Shown: positions 11,791 to 25,250 of the stretch, in pieces | How positions within the stretch are numbered: the stretch's first letter is position 1 | Layout of the letters: every line of letters starts with the position of its first letter | Source: Azolla caroliniana | Lineage: Eukaryota; Plantae; Polypodiophyta | DNA length: 64,000 nucleotides | Assembly (NCBI GenBank): GCA_043228905.1 | Contig: JBHGNT010000015.1 | Span: 9,734,001-9,798,000 of the forward strand | Direction of reading: 5' to 3' | The notes under the pieces: generated by a model | What the model saw: only the letters and a program-made list of their open reading frames with translations | Database searches by the model: none | What the model was told of the DNA's origin: nothing | Position numbers and translations under genes: made by a program

Positions 11791-14611
11791 CAGGGATGAA
11801 CTCCATTCGGAAAAATAAGACTTGGGACCTGATCGAACTTCTAAAAAATTGACGTGCTCTTGCGTGCAAGTTGGTCTATAGGCTAAAAGAGACATCTGAT
11901 TCGGCCACCCCAAAATTCAAGGCTAGATTAGTAGTGAAAGGGTTTCGACAGAAATATGGCATTGATTTCAACGAAATGTTTTCACCAGTGGTGAAAATGA
12001 TAACCCTTCACTTCATGCTCGGTGTCATGGCAGCCGAGAATTTGGAGCTAGTTCAGCTAGATGTAAAAATGGCATTCCTCTATGGTGACCTAGAGGAGGA
12101 AATTTATATGGAGCAGTAGAATGACTTCATGGTATCCGTCCAAGAACATCTAGTCGGCCTGAAAAGAATTAGGTGTGGAAACGTAGACACAACTGGCTCC
12201 GTCAAACAGCAACATACAATACACAAGTTTAATGAAAAGCTTCAAATACACAAAGAGTATGCGGGAGAGATAGAGAGAGTAGAACATAAACCTCTATTTC
12301 AAAAATAATGAACACTCTGTACATCGAATGTGCTCAAAGAGCACTTTTATACAGGTCCGTAAAAGGATTCACACAAGTACCACAAGTACCATCAGTACTT
12401 TAATGCTCATAAATCAGCTACTATGCTAACTCCCAAATATATTCCTTCGCAGAATATCTTTTCAATGGTCTTCCGGCTCTCGACTTCTTCAGCTGGTCCG
12501 GCCCAAGTTGCGCTTTCTCTCTCAACACTCCCCCTCAAGCTCAACTTGAGGTTCTGCTCAACATCCGACTCTTTCTAGCGTCTCCATGCATTGTTCGCAT
12601 TCCTCGTCTAGTTCGTTTCTACATTCCTCGACCCCTCTGGTCCTTCGCTTTTGGACTCATTCGGTTCTGAACATCTCTACCCTTTCAGTTGGCTTGTCTG
12701 CTCGTAAAGCCCATCTTCGCTCCTTCATTGTTGTGACTTCAATGCTTCTCGCCCGCCAGTTCCTCCCTGTCGGTGTTAACTTTTGCTGCTTTCTCATCCA
12801 TTTAGTGTGCAATTGATTCGTCTCCTCTAAATCGAATGCCTCTTCCGAATCGGTTGCCTCTGATTCATTCTAGCTCTTTTCCAAATTAGCTAACTTAAAT
12901 TCATTGTCAATCTCTAGGCCCTTCACCACATCAGACCATGTCTGAGTCTTGGCCTTCATCTTCCAATCGGCTCTGTTTTTTTTTACTCTACCGCCTTTGC
13001 CTCTTGTTCCGACTTTATCAAATGTATCAACTTCTTCAGTAGGCTCGGCTCCCTTTTTCTTCTTGTCTCCCCCTATTTTGGTCTTTTCCTCCTTCTTACT
13101 GGCTGCTTCTCCGGTGCCTTTACTTGTTCTTCCGGTTCTCCCCCTCAAGTGTGGCAAGTCGAGATGTTGTAGCCCAAGCAGATTCTCTGAAAAGTGTTGC
13201 AACTTGTCTTATCTGAGTGGCTTGGTGAAGATATCAGCAACTTGTGGATCCGTTCAAACATATTGGAGTTCAACTTCATCGCTCCGGACCCGCTCGCGCA
13301 CATAGTGATATTGCACTTCAATGTGCTTTATGCGAGCATGGAACACGGGGTTCTTGTCCAGCTGCATGCTACTGATATTGTCACAATAGATTGCGATCGG
13401 AGTCCGTACTTCGATCTGGAGGTCCTACAACAACCACCGGAGTCAAATGGCTTCAAAGGTCGTGGCGGTGGCTCCTCTGTTCTCAGCCTCAGTGCTCGAG
13501 AGAGCCATTGTTGACTGCTTCTTGCTACTCCACGCAACAATCGCGCTCCTGATAGAAAACATGAAGCCGGATGTTGACCGATGATCTGACGCATCACCAG
13601 CCCAGTCGGCATCTGTATAACCGACTAACTATTCGGTTATACCATCTCGGGACTCGGTACAAGAATCCCCGATCCTTAGTGTCGCTCACATCTCAGAGTA
13701 GGTGATGCGCGCACTGAAGATACTCGCAGTCAATCGCTACATAAACTGACTTATCACCCCAACTAGATAGCTAATATCGGTTCGGGTGATAGTAAGATAG
13801 ATTAGGCTTCTAACAATTTTTCGGAACTGTTTCTCGTTGCAAGTTGGTCTGGAGTCCGAACGTAGCTTCTGATTCCGATCAAGGGGTGTTGAGACCAATC
13901 GGCAATTAGTCATGCCGAACTTCAACAACATATTCAGCACATAATGTCGTTGAGATAACAATATGCCATTGGGGTTGTGGATCACTTCAATCCCGACGAA
14001 GTAGTGAAGGTCCCCTTGGTCCTTCATCTCGAATGATGCCGCAAGTTGAGACTTCACACGGCTGATTTCCTCTAGGTTAGCGCCGGTGATGACGAACTCA
14101 TCAACATAAAGTAAAAGACTTACGGGCCCATTCCAACCTTACCAGATGAAGAGTGAAGATTCTGACTTGGATGTAGCAAACCCCATCCGACACAGGCGTT
14201 GCGTGATCTTCGTGTTCCAAGCACGCAGGGCTTGCTTTAATCCATAAAGGGACTTCTTCCATTGACATACAACTGTCATGATATGGCAAGACTCGAACCC
14301 GTGACCTTATGTTACATGGGTCCAGCGCTTGACCATTATATCATCTATTGTAATATGAAAAATATTATGTTCATTTAAGTTTTATTATAGAAAATTGATG
14401 TATATTCCAGATTTCTCTAGAACATTCTAGAAACTTCAGGAATACTCCTGAGAACACTATAAAAGGAGGCACAAGGCATTATTTCGAACCAAATCGGTTC
14501 AACGCCAGTCTTAAGCCTCCTAGCCTTCCTTGTATATTCTTCTCACATAATATATCGTTGTCATCATCATTTCCTCTCACTCTCTCTCTCTCTCGTTCCC
14601 GCACTCTCTCA

Positions 14612-14644
<33 letters not shown>

Positions 14645-17600
14645 CTTCTCTTGAGTGTTCTACCACCTCTATTCTTCTTAGTACTAATATTTGTCTCTTA
14701 GTACTAATTTCGTCTTTGTCTCAGTACTAGTCCTGACAGTTGGAACCGATTTTTCTTCTATGTCCTCCTTTCTTCTTCTTATGTTCTTCCTTTTATCTTC
14801 TTACATCTCCCTCCCTTCATACTAATATCTTATTCCTCTTTCCTCTCATCCTATGGCCAATGTTATCACTCAAGAATATCAATCTGTTTTCTCGAAGTTG
14901 TAATGCTTGAAAGAGAAGTTCCTTGCTTTGGAACAAGAAAAGCAACGGTTGTTGGGGGGTCTTCAACAAATCTCCTTAGAAAAGCAACAAACGCGACAAC
15001 AACATGGGGAACTTGCATTACGCGTGCAACAACTCGAAGCAACCATTGTAGCGATGGAACAACAAGGACCCGAAACACAAGGGATTCATAAAGAACCGAA
15101 GATCGGCCTTTCCATGAAATTCAATGGAACGCAATCGCAATTTAGAGGGTTCCTTAATCAAGTACGATTAGTTATTCAAATGCATCCTTCCCGATATCCC
15201 ACCGATGCATCACGAGTGGGTTGAGTAGGCACGTTGTTAAGTGGCTCAACGTTGGCATGGTTCACTCCGTTGTTAGAAAAGGAATCTCTATTACTAAACA
15301 ATTTTGAAGAGTTTATAAATGAGTTTAAAGGTTGTTTTGGAGATACTGACAACATAAGGACAACAATCAACAAAATTCGATGACTACATCAAGGCGATTG
15401 TCTAGCCTTCGCATACGCTGCATTAATGGAGCAATTTTGTTATGGTCTGTGCAATGATGTCAAGGATTTACTGTTGACCTTCCCTGAAGAACCAAAGTCA
15501 TTAATAGAAGCAATCAATCGCGCGGTGAGATGCGACAACCGCCTTTTCGAACGACGTTCAGAATGTTAGTTCCAAATGCCAAGGGTAAGATCAGAGGCAC
15601 CTACGCCTCAGTGGTAGCAAAACCTTTTCTGAGGGATTCATATAATGCGTCTCCAGTAAGTACTCCAACTCCGATGGAAATTGACCGTACACATCACCGT
15701 GGACCATTATCGGAAGAAGAAAAGCAACGATGCCGAGCAAACCGACTATGTCTTTATTGCAGTGGACCAAAGCATATTGCAATAAACTGTCCCCATAGGC
15801 CAAGAAGACAAGTAAACCAAATAGTTGCTAGTTTTGATTGTACTAAAATTGAGTCTATTTCAGTAGGAATATCTAATAGTCCTAATAGTACTAATAGCTC
15901 AAATCTATCAAACAAATTTGATATCCTTAGTCCGTTAGAAGAAGAGTTAAACGACTAAGTCCAGCCAAAATAGGAGTCGTTTGGTTGGACAGCCCTAGAT
16001 CTGTGCAACCCATTAGTTGTTCCATTCCCTCTAAGAAAGTTAGCAATGTGTTCGTAGCCCAAGTAACAGTTAGTACTAAAAGTACACCTCCAGTACATGT
16101 GTTAGCACTTCTAGATTCCGGAGCTAATTCTTGCTTCATGGATAGGAATTTTGCCCAAGCTCATCAGATATCTCTCAAGAAAATCCTGTGTCTAGCCTCT
16201 GTAGTAGTCATTGATGGACGTCCCATTCCTTTCGGAAATATCGTAGAAGATTCAGAGCCCGTTAATATTTTGCTAGATAATATAGCATGTGTAGTATCAT
16301 TTAAGCTAATATACTGGAATAAGGAAAAGCTATCCTTAGCAGGACGGATAGTTGTAGCTAATTCGGTCCTTTTGTCCTCAATTTGGTATATAGCATCTAC
16401 ATGGCTATTTTCGAGGACAATAATGCTTAAAGTTCAATGCCTAATACGGAATTTTATTTGGGGGAACAACGTGTCTGACAATTCGGTAGCAAAGGTTACT
16501 TGGACGGTTCTTATACAACCTTAGCGGAAAGGAGGTCTAGGTTTGATCGATCCTTTTATGCAAAGTAAATCCTTACTTTCTAAACATGTTGTTAGGAGTT
16601 TATTGCCAGGAGAGGAGTTACGGAAAAAACTATGGATTTGGCATTTACATAATGTCAAGCCATCAACAAGTGGTCAATGGAAAGATAGTCTTAGATGGTT
16701 TTTCAATCCAGATTTTCCATTGCCTAAGTCTAATGTTGGATCCTTACGTTTTTTTAATGGAATATTTCGAGCATGGGAAAGTATTCGCCAAGCACTTGTT
16801 TTCTTGCCATCGAAAATTTATACTCAATTCATGCGTCAACCTTTGATATGGAACCCTTTATTTACGGATGAAGGTGCATGTGTGTTGGGTCGACGACCTA
16901 GGTTATCTTGGGCTGCAATGGAGAATGGTCCAACCCGTGCAGTTGCGGATTGGATAAACTTCTTGCAGACATCGGCTCAAGACCGAAAGAATAGGATGTC
17001 TAGTTTAAGAGGGGCAAATATAATGGTAGATCAATTGTCCATGGTGTATCAGGTCACAGTACCAACTTTGCAGCTTGATCATTTTCAAAGTTGGTACAGT
17101 ATGTTTTCGACACTTAATATACTTATAGGTGCTCGTTTATATCATCAAAATGGGAGCCTTCACTTCTTTGAAGTGTTCGATAATGGTAGGTTGGTATTAG
17201 TAGATGACGAGTCTCCAATTATGTCTGTTGTGAAGCAGTTACCAATGCGAGTAATTGCTAGATTGGATAAAAAATTGTTTATTGACCCTAGTCCCTTAAT
17301 TGCTAACTATGCATCTCATATTTGGGTTTTACACTCTAGACCACTTGTGGATCTGCAATGGGATCCTACGGATTATGGTTGGAAATTGTCCATGCCAAAT
17401 AATTCCACTAAGGTCCTCCCATTCTTCACATATTCGGTGGCGTTCAGGAGAAACTTTCTGTTGAGTCAGACTGAGTCAATACCTGTGGGAAAAAAGTATT
17501 GGGAGGAAGTTAATGTATCATCTTCTCAGATGAGGATGTTTTGGAAACAGTTTTGGTCAATTAAATGTATGAACAAGATATTACACTTTCGTTGGTTGAT

Positions 17601-20246
17601 GATTCATTATGCGTTGCCAGTAGGTGATTTGATGAGGGGATATGTAGCTGATTGGTTATGCGTTATGTGTGGTTATGTACGTCAGGCATTGCATCATGTA
17701 TTTTGGGAATGTGTTGCCACAAAAAAAAATTGGTTTAGAATTCTTAGGCTACTAGGTCGTAAGTATAGGTCGGGGATTTTTACGTGGGGTGCAGTCTTAT
17801 AGGGAAGGTTAGATCAACAAATCACTTTCTATCATAATCATTATTCTTCTTTGACATTACGTGTCAGAAGTTTGGAGGTATACTCTACTTCAACCTCCTT
17901 GCAGGGAATCAAGTTTTTCTCCAGTGGTCACGTCTGGCAAATTGTCTCCTCTTTGGCTTTATGGATTCTTCGGAAAGCTAGGTGCTCCAAGCTATACAAT
18001 GATGAAAACATTCACATCGTGGATCAGGTTAAGTCTTTTTGGGACTTATTGGTACATACAGTTAAAGGTGAATGTTGTCCGCCGGAATAGTAACCGACGT
18101 CCAAAAGCGTAGGAATAAGAAACTATATAAGCATAATGTATGTAACGGTTCACGCGGGAAGCGTGAACGACTAATTAGACCTTGCATATATAAAGGGCAG
18201 AAAACCTCTTATGGAGGTGCGTATAAATTTTGGGAAATGTAAAAGAACGCCTGATAATAGAATGCTATCTTCTCTAAGTTTTTGTGTATAGCTGCGGCTA
18301 ATTCAGTGTCTGTGTCTCGAATACGTAAGCGTAGTAGTACGTAAGTGTAACCTGTGATAAGGATTCGGTTGTAGCCGTCTTTCCTTATAGGCGAAAGAAT
18401 TACAGAGGTTCTCTCCTTACGCAGTACGCTTAAGACCTGTTCGTTGTTCCACACCCACCTTGGGGTCTAGGTCGAAGGACTGACCACGGACCGTGTTCCT
18501 AAGAGGCAACACTTTTGGCATGCTTGGTGATCTGTGTTTCCTCACAGACGAGCAACAACGAATGAATGTTTAGCCACAGACGACCCAAAGAACCAACAAG
18601 ACAAGACCGGCCAATAACAAGGTCTGTCACACGCCAGGCAGAAGAACGCGCCCGGCAAAAGCCGCGCATCAGCGACCTCAGTACGACCTGCCAGGAGTGC
18701 AAAGGGGATTCCTTGCTCCCCAAATACCTCGATCAGACGAGGGGACCACGCTCACCGCAGCCACCCGGTGACCTTTTCCAATCTACCGTAGCTCCCACGA
18801 TGGCCTTTGCCTACCCCCGCTTTAATGGCGAAACTGACGCCGCAACTCATATTCGCATGTTCTTGAACGTTTGGAATGCGAACCACATGGCGCAGAATCT
18901 CTCCGAGACAGTGGCACACCAGTCGAATATGACGGAGTTCGGATTAACATTAGATGGGCGTGCGGCATTCTGGCATTCACAGATGAACTTACCAGCCATA
19001 ACAACCTTCGATCAGATGCAGTCCGCCTTCTTGCGATTCTTCCACCGGAGGGTTCCACAACGCGAGATTCTCGTGCAGTTTTATACAATTAAGCAACTAC
19101 TGACTGAGACGATAGCAGACTTCAGCTTACATTTCCAAAATTTACGATGGAAACTAGATCGAAGACCCGCGAAGGAGGCTAGGGAGACATTTCTGGCAGC
19201 GTTACGGGCGGCGTGAAAGGGGAAACAGTGGATATGGTGATTGAACGAGCGTTATAGCTTGAGTTGGATGACGAGGAGGAGAGGTTTTCGATGTCATCCT
19301 TACGACAAGCGTTACCTCAGGGTGAGGAACGCGAATTTCGTCAAGCAATCCAGTGCACGATTTGCTTGAACTCGGGGCATTCCGCGGTGGAGTGCAATAT
19401 GCGAATCCACTACCCAATCTGCCACTCGAAGGTTCACACAGTCGACCAATGCGAGCATAATATGTTAAACAGAGCCACTCTCGTGGTCCACAGCATGGAC
19501 ACACAACGTCAACCGCACCGGGCGGAACAAAGGAGGCAAGAAGACCGACCCTGGTATAAAGATCGTAACCCGCCGGAGGACCGGTACAACCAGAATCGCC
19601 GAATCACAACGAGTCCGAGGAGGATGACCCGAAGGACGAGGATTATCGTGGACATCCGAGTTACGCCAAAGGGGGTCGGTGATACGAACATCAATGCCCG
19701 ACAAACAAACGGGGCGGCTTCAATGGCTATCGGGGTGTCATGATATGGCAAGACTCGAACCCATGACCTTAGGTTATATGGGTCGAGTTCTTGACCATTA
19801 AACCATCTATTGTAATACATAGGCTATTATTTTCATTTACATTTTATTATAGGAAATTAGTGTATATTCCAGATTTCTCTAGAACATTCTAGAAGCTTCA
19901 GGATTACTCCTGAAAACACTATAAAAGAGGGCACTAGGCATTATGTTGAACCAAATTGGTTCAATGCCAGTCTTAAGCCTTTTAGCTACCATTGTATATT
20001 CTCTTCATATAATACATATCTTTCTTATCATCACTCTCTCTCTCTCCCTCTCTCTCTCTCTTTCTCTCCGTCTCGCTCACTCCTTCCTTCTCTCGAAGAA
20101 GTTCTACACCTCTCATAGTACTAATCCTTCGTTTAGTACTAATTCCTTCTCTGTCTCAGTACTGTTCTTGACAGTTTGAACCAATTTGCCTACCTTCTAT
20201 CTCTCTCATTTCCTACTAATCTCTTATTCCTCTTTTCTTTCATCCC

Positions 20247-21383
20247 ATGGCCACTGTTAGCGTTGAAGAATATCAATCTGGTTTCTCGGAATTTCAATGC
20301 TTGAAAGAGAAGTTCCATGCTTTGGAACAAGAAAACCAACGGTTGCTGGGGGATCTTCAACAAATCTCCTTAGAAAAGCAGCATGGGGAACTTGCGTTAC
20401 GCGTGCAACAACTCGAAGCAACCATCGTAGCGATGCAACAACAAGGGCCCGGAACACAAGGGATTCATAAAGAACCCAAGATTGGCCTTCCCACGAAGTT
20501 CGATGGAACGCGATCGCAGTTTAGAGGGTTCCTTAACCAGGTACGATTAGTTATCCAAATGCATCCTTCCCGATATGCCACCGATGCATCACGAGTGGGT
20601 TTAGTAGGCACTTTGTTAACTGGCTCAGTGTTGTCATGGTTCACTCCACTATTAGAAAAGGAATCTCTGTTACTCAACAATTTTGAAGAGTTTCTAGATG
20701 AGTTTAAAGCATGTTTCGGAGATACTGACAGCATCAGGACCGCAATCAACAAAATTTGGCGATTACGCCAAGGTGACCGTCCAGCCTCCGCATACACTGC
20801 AGATTTTCGCCTACTCGCCGCCGATATCCCTTGGGATGATCAAGCGTTGATGGAGCAATTCCGTTATGGTTTACGCAACGACGTCAAGGATTTACTCTTG
20901 ACCTTCCCCGAAGAGCCAAAGTCCTTAACAAAAGCAATTAGTTGCGCGGTGAGATGTGACAACCGCCTCTTTGAGTGACGTTCGGAACGACAGCTACAGA
21001 TGCCAAGGGAAAGATCAGAGCCCACCTACACCTCAGTGGTAGCAAGACCTTTTCCGAGGGAGTCATATAATGTGCCTCCAACGAATACTTCGACTCCGAT
21101 GGAGATTGACACTACACGTCGTCGAGGGCCATTATCCGAAGAAGAAAAGCAGCGACGCCGTACAAATCGACTATGTCTTTACTGCGGTGGACCAGGACAT
21201 ATCACAATAAATTGCCCCCATAGGCCAAGAAGACAGGTAAACCAAATAGTCGCTAGTTCTAATTGTACTAAACCCGAGCCTATTTCAGTAGGGATATCTG
21301 ATAGTCCTAATAGTACTAATAGCCCAGATCTAGCGAACAAATTTGATGTCCTTAGTCAATTAGAAGAAGAGTTAAACGACTAA
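20247..21383 (+). pseudogene. gag of element B (coiled coil, PEG10/Sushi-like capsid, CCHC), one internal TGA
   Basis: EPKIGLPTKFDGTRSQFRGFLNQV and [15 protein letters not shown]; stop at 20976-20978 where homologues have CGA. Confidence 0.9.
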
Positions 21384-24300
21384 GTCCAGCCAAAATAGGA
21401 GTTGTTTGGTTGGACAGCCCTAGATCTGTGCAACCCATTAGTGGTTCCATTCCCTCTAAGCAAGTTAGTGATGTGTTCGTAGCCCAAGTAATAGTTAGTA
21501 CTAAAAGTACACCTCCAGTACATGTCCTAGCACTCCTAGATTCTGGAGCTAACTCTTGCTTTATGGATAAGAAATTTGCTTAAGCTCATAAGATATCCCT
21601 AAGAAAACTCCAGTGTCCAGCCTCTGTAGTAGTCATTGATGGACGTCCCATTGCTTCCGGAAGTATCATAGAAGAGTTAGAGCCCATTAATATTGTCCTA
21701 GATAACTTAGCGTGTGTAGTATCATTTAATATTATTAGTATCCCAGAACATCCTATAGTTTTAGGATTACCGTGGTTCGAGTTACATAACCCGGACATAG
21801 ATTGGAGAACAAGAGAAATCCGGTGTCGACAAACCCAAGGGTCAACTCAGAAGATGGCAACCATTTCGCTACGTCAGTTGCGTAAAGAAGGGCACAAGGA
21901 GGAAATGTTCCTCTTTGCAATATCAGTAAACCCCTCCAACACCACTAAAGAAGAATCCACCGTTCAACTTCCCGAGAAGTATCGCCATTACACCGATGTG
22001 TTCGATAAAGTACAAGCCAACACACTTCCTCATCATCGACCGTACGATTGCCCCATCGATTTACAACCGGGAAAAGAGCCGCCATGGGGACCGATCTACA
22101 ATTTGTCACCAACCGAGCTGGAAGTCCTTCGGGCCTATATCGAGGAGAATTTGGAAAATGGTTTCATTCGACATTCGAAATCTCCAGCCGGCACGCCCGT
22201 TTTCTTCGTCAAGAAAAAAGATCAATCGCTTCGTCTCATTGTACATTACCATGGATTGAATAAGGTTACAATTAGGAATAGGTATGCTCTTCCCCTTATC
22301 TCAAGTCTTTTAGAACGAATCAATGGTGCCAGGTTCTTCACGAAGATCGATTTACGAGGAGCATATAACCTCATACAGATCCGACCAAGAGACGAATGGA
22401 AGACCGCGTTTCGCACCAGATATGGGCACTTCGAGTATACGGTCATGCCGTTCGGCATCACTAATGCGCCGGGAGTCTTCCAACACATGGCTAACGATAT
22501 ATTCTGAGATCTATTGGATGATTGTTTGATCATCTATTTGGATGATCTACGGGTTTATTCAAAGACCCAAGAAGAACATGATTCTCATGTACTAATAGTA
22601 CTAAAACGACTTCGAGAACATGGTTTGTATGCAAAGCTGGAAAAATGTAATTTCGGGTGCAACCAAGTGGAATTTCTCGGCTACATCATTTCGTCAGAAG
22701 GCATCTCCATGAACCCAGCTAAGGTCAAAACGGTGGTAGAATGGCAGACTCCGCGTTCGGTGCGGGATGTACAATGCTTCCTAGGCTTTGCCAATTTTTA
22801 CCGGAAGTTCATACAAGATTACTCAAAGATCGTTCTACCTCTCACACAACTTACCAGGAAGGGACAACCGTTCATCTGGTCTAAAGAAACGGACATGGCT
22901 TTCGAGAGTCTTAAAAAGGCATTTACATCGGCTCCAATTCTAGCTCATGTCGATCCGGAAAAAGCATTCATTATCGAAGCTGACGCATCGGATTTTGCAT
23001 TGGGGAGCATTCTGTCACAACAGGGGAATGATGAGAAGCTACATCCTGTGGCTTTTCACTCACGCAAGTTTGATGCCGCCGAAATTAACTACGAAATTCA
23101 TGATAAGGAGCTATTGGCAATAGTGGATTCTTTTATGCAATGGAGGCATTTTCTGGAGGGATCCTCTCATCCAGTCACCGTATTTAGTGATCACAAGAAT
23201 CTTGCCTACTTTCAGGATGCTCGTTTGTTGAACCGACGTCAAGCTCGGTGGGCCCACTTCCTCACGCGTTTCGACTTCAAAATTACATATCGTCCGGGGA
23301 AGCACCAAGGGAAGGCAGATGCATTATCACGACGTTCGTATCTAGCACCCCGTCCCGGCGAGCCAGCTTTCGATAACCAAAAACAAGTCATCTTGGGACT
23401 GGCACGACTACAAGCAACACAGATCTTTGACATGCCCATGGATTCCCGCGTTATCGATACCATACGTGAAGACTTGAAGCCAGATGCGTTCGCCCAAGCT
23501 ATACTAGCACAAATTGATCCCTCTCGAGCGTCGTGTTCACAGTCGCAACCACCAGGTACGGACAATCGGCAATTCAAATACCATGATGGATTACTCTTCT
23601 TTAAAGAACTTTTGTATGTTCCTAATGGTTCTTGCCGCCTTCGAGTAGTTCAAAACTGCCATGACACATATACAGTTGGGCATTTTGGTAGTACTAAAAC
23701 ATTACATTTAATACAACGATCATTCTTGTGGCCCTGTACGCGACAATTTGTCGAGGATTTTGTTCGGACTTGTGATACATGTTGCAGAGTGAAAATGCCA
23801 AGGCATCATCCATATGGTTTATTAGAACCATTACCAATTCCAAGCAAGCCGTGGCAATCCATTGCTCCAGACTTCATCACAGATCTTCTAGTCTCTAAGG
23901 GGTTCAATGCGATTCTAAGGGTGGTCGATCGATACACAAAGATGGCTCATTTCTTGCCATGTACTAAGGAGATCACCAATGAAGACACTGCTGAAATTGT
24001 CATGCGTGAAGTATGTTGGCATCATGGACTTCCCTATAGTATCATCATCGACCGTGGACCCCAGTTCGTGTCAAAATTTTGGAAGCACCTTTTTAACATG
24101 CTCAAGGTCTCTTGTAACCTCTCCTCCGGCTACCACCCACAAACCGACGGCCAAGCTGAATGAACAAATCAAAAGCTGGAGCAGTATCTGCGGTGCTTTC
24201 TCAGTTATCATCAGGATGACTGGGCAGATATTCTCCACTTCGCCGAATTTGCCTATAACAACTCTATCGACGCATCCACTAAAGTTACGCCATTTTATGC

Positions 24301-24967
24301 TTATACGGGATGTCACCCCCGGTGGAATGTACTTGAAACCCTAGAGGTGTCCACAAGTCCGTGCGCGGAGGATCGTTTGGAGCGGTTACGCAAGATACAA
24401 GCGGATTTATCTACTCATCTCCAGCAAGCTCAACAAACACACAAGGTCTACGCGGATCGTCATCGACTTCCATCTAGATTTAATATTGGAGATCGGATGT
24501 GGCTGCTACGACGACACATCAAGACTACTTGCCCATGTGAGAAGTTGGATTATCGGCGATTAGGTCCTTTCCGTATTATTGGACAGATTAATGATGTCGC
24601 TTTTCGTCTCGATCTACCTCCTCAACTTCGGATACATCCGGTGTTTCATAGTTCTCTCCTCGAACCCTACCACGAGAGCACCATCCCAGGACGTCTTATC
24701 CAACCTCCACCCCCGATCGAGCTTGAAGATGGGCCGGAGTACGAGGTTGCCGCCATCCTTGATTCCAAGATTGTTCGTAACAAGCTCTACTATCTAGTCG
24801 ATTGGGCAGGCTATAGTCCCAACGAACGTACTTGGGAACCGATCGAGAATGTGACCAATGCTCGTGCTCTTCTTGAAGACTTCCATCGTCAATATCCACA
24901 CAAACCGGGTCCTCAATCCAAGCCGACTCGTGACACTCGTCGTTTTAAAGGGGGGATAGTGTCATGA
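21377..24967 (+). pseudogene. pol of element B (PR-RT-RH-INT-chromodomain), frame intact with point stops
   Basis: ORFs 21854, 22514 and 24347 share one frame; stops at ~21581, 22505 and 24161; the final stop lies inside the 3' LTR. Confidence 0.92.
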
Positions 24968-25036
24968 TATGGCAAGACTCGAACCCATGACCTTAGGTTA
25001 TATAGGTCGAGCTCTTGACCATTAGACCATCTATTG
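24967..25036 (-). promoter_or_regulatory. tRNA-type Pol III A-box/B-box module in LTR U3 (clearest copy; others listed in findings)
   Basis: - strand TGGTCTAATGG-N33-GGTTCGAGTCT, with AAGGTC just before the T-arm position. Confidence 0.7.
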
Positions 25037-25194
25037 TAATACGTAGGATATTATTTTCATTTACATTTTATTATAGGAAATTAGTGTATATTCCAGATTT
25101 CTCTGGAACATTCTAGAAGCTTCAGGATTACTCCTGAAAACACTATAAAAGAGGGCACTAGGTTCTCTTCATATAATACATATCTTTCTTATCA

Positions 25195-25250
<56 letters not shown>

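Noticed and set aside
14281-14350. Functional tRNA genes in the LTRs
   Set aside because: Acceptor, anticodon and T stems do not pair properly; only the boxes and spacing remain.
15985-16524. Novel protease-LINE fusion protein
   Set aside because: Chance in-frame junction at the LINE insertion point, followed by a stop.
20247-21383. Domesticated PEG10/RTL-like gene
   Set aside because: Flanked by LTRs and a TSD, multicopy in the window, and carries an internal stop.
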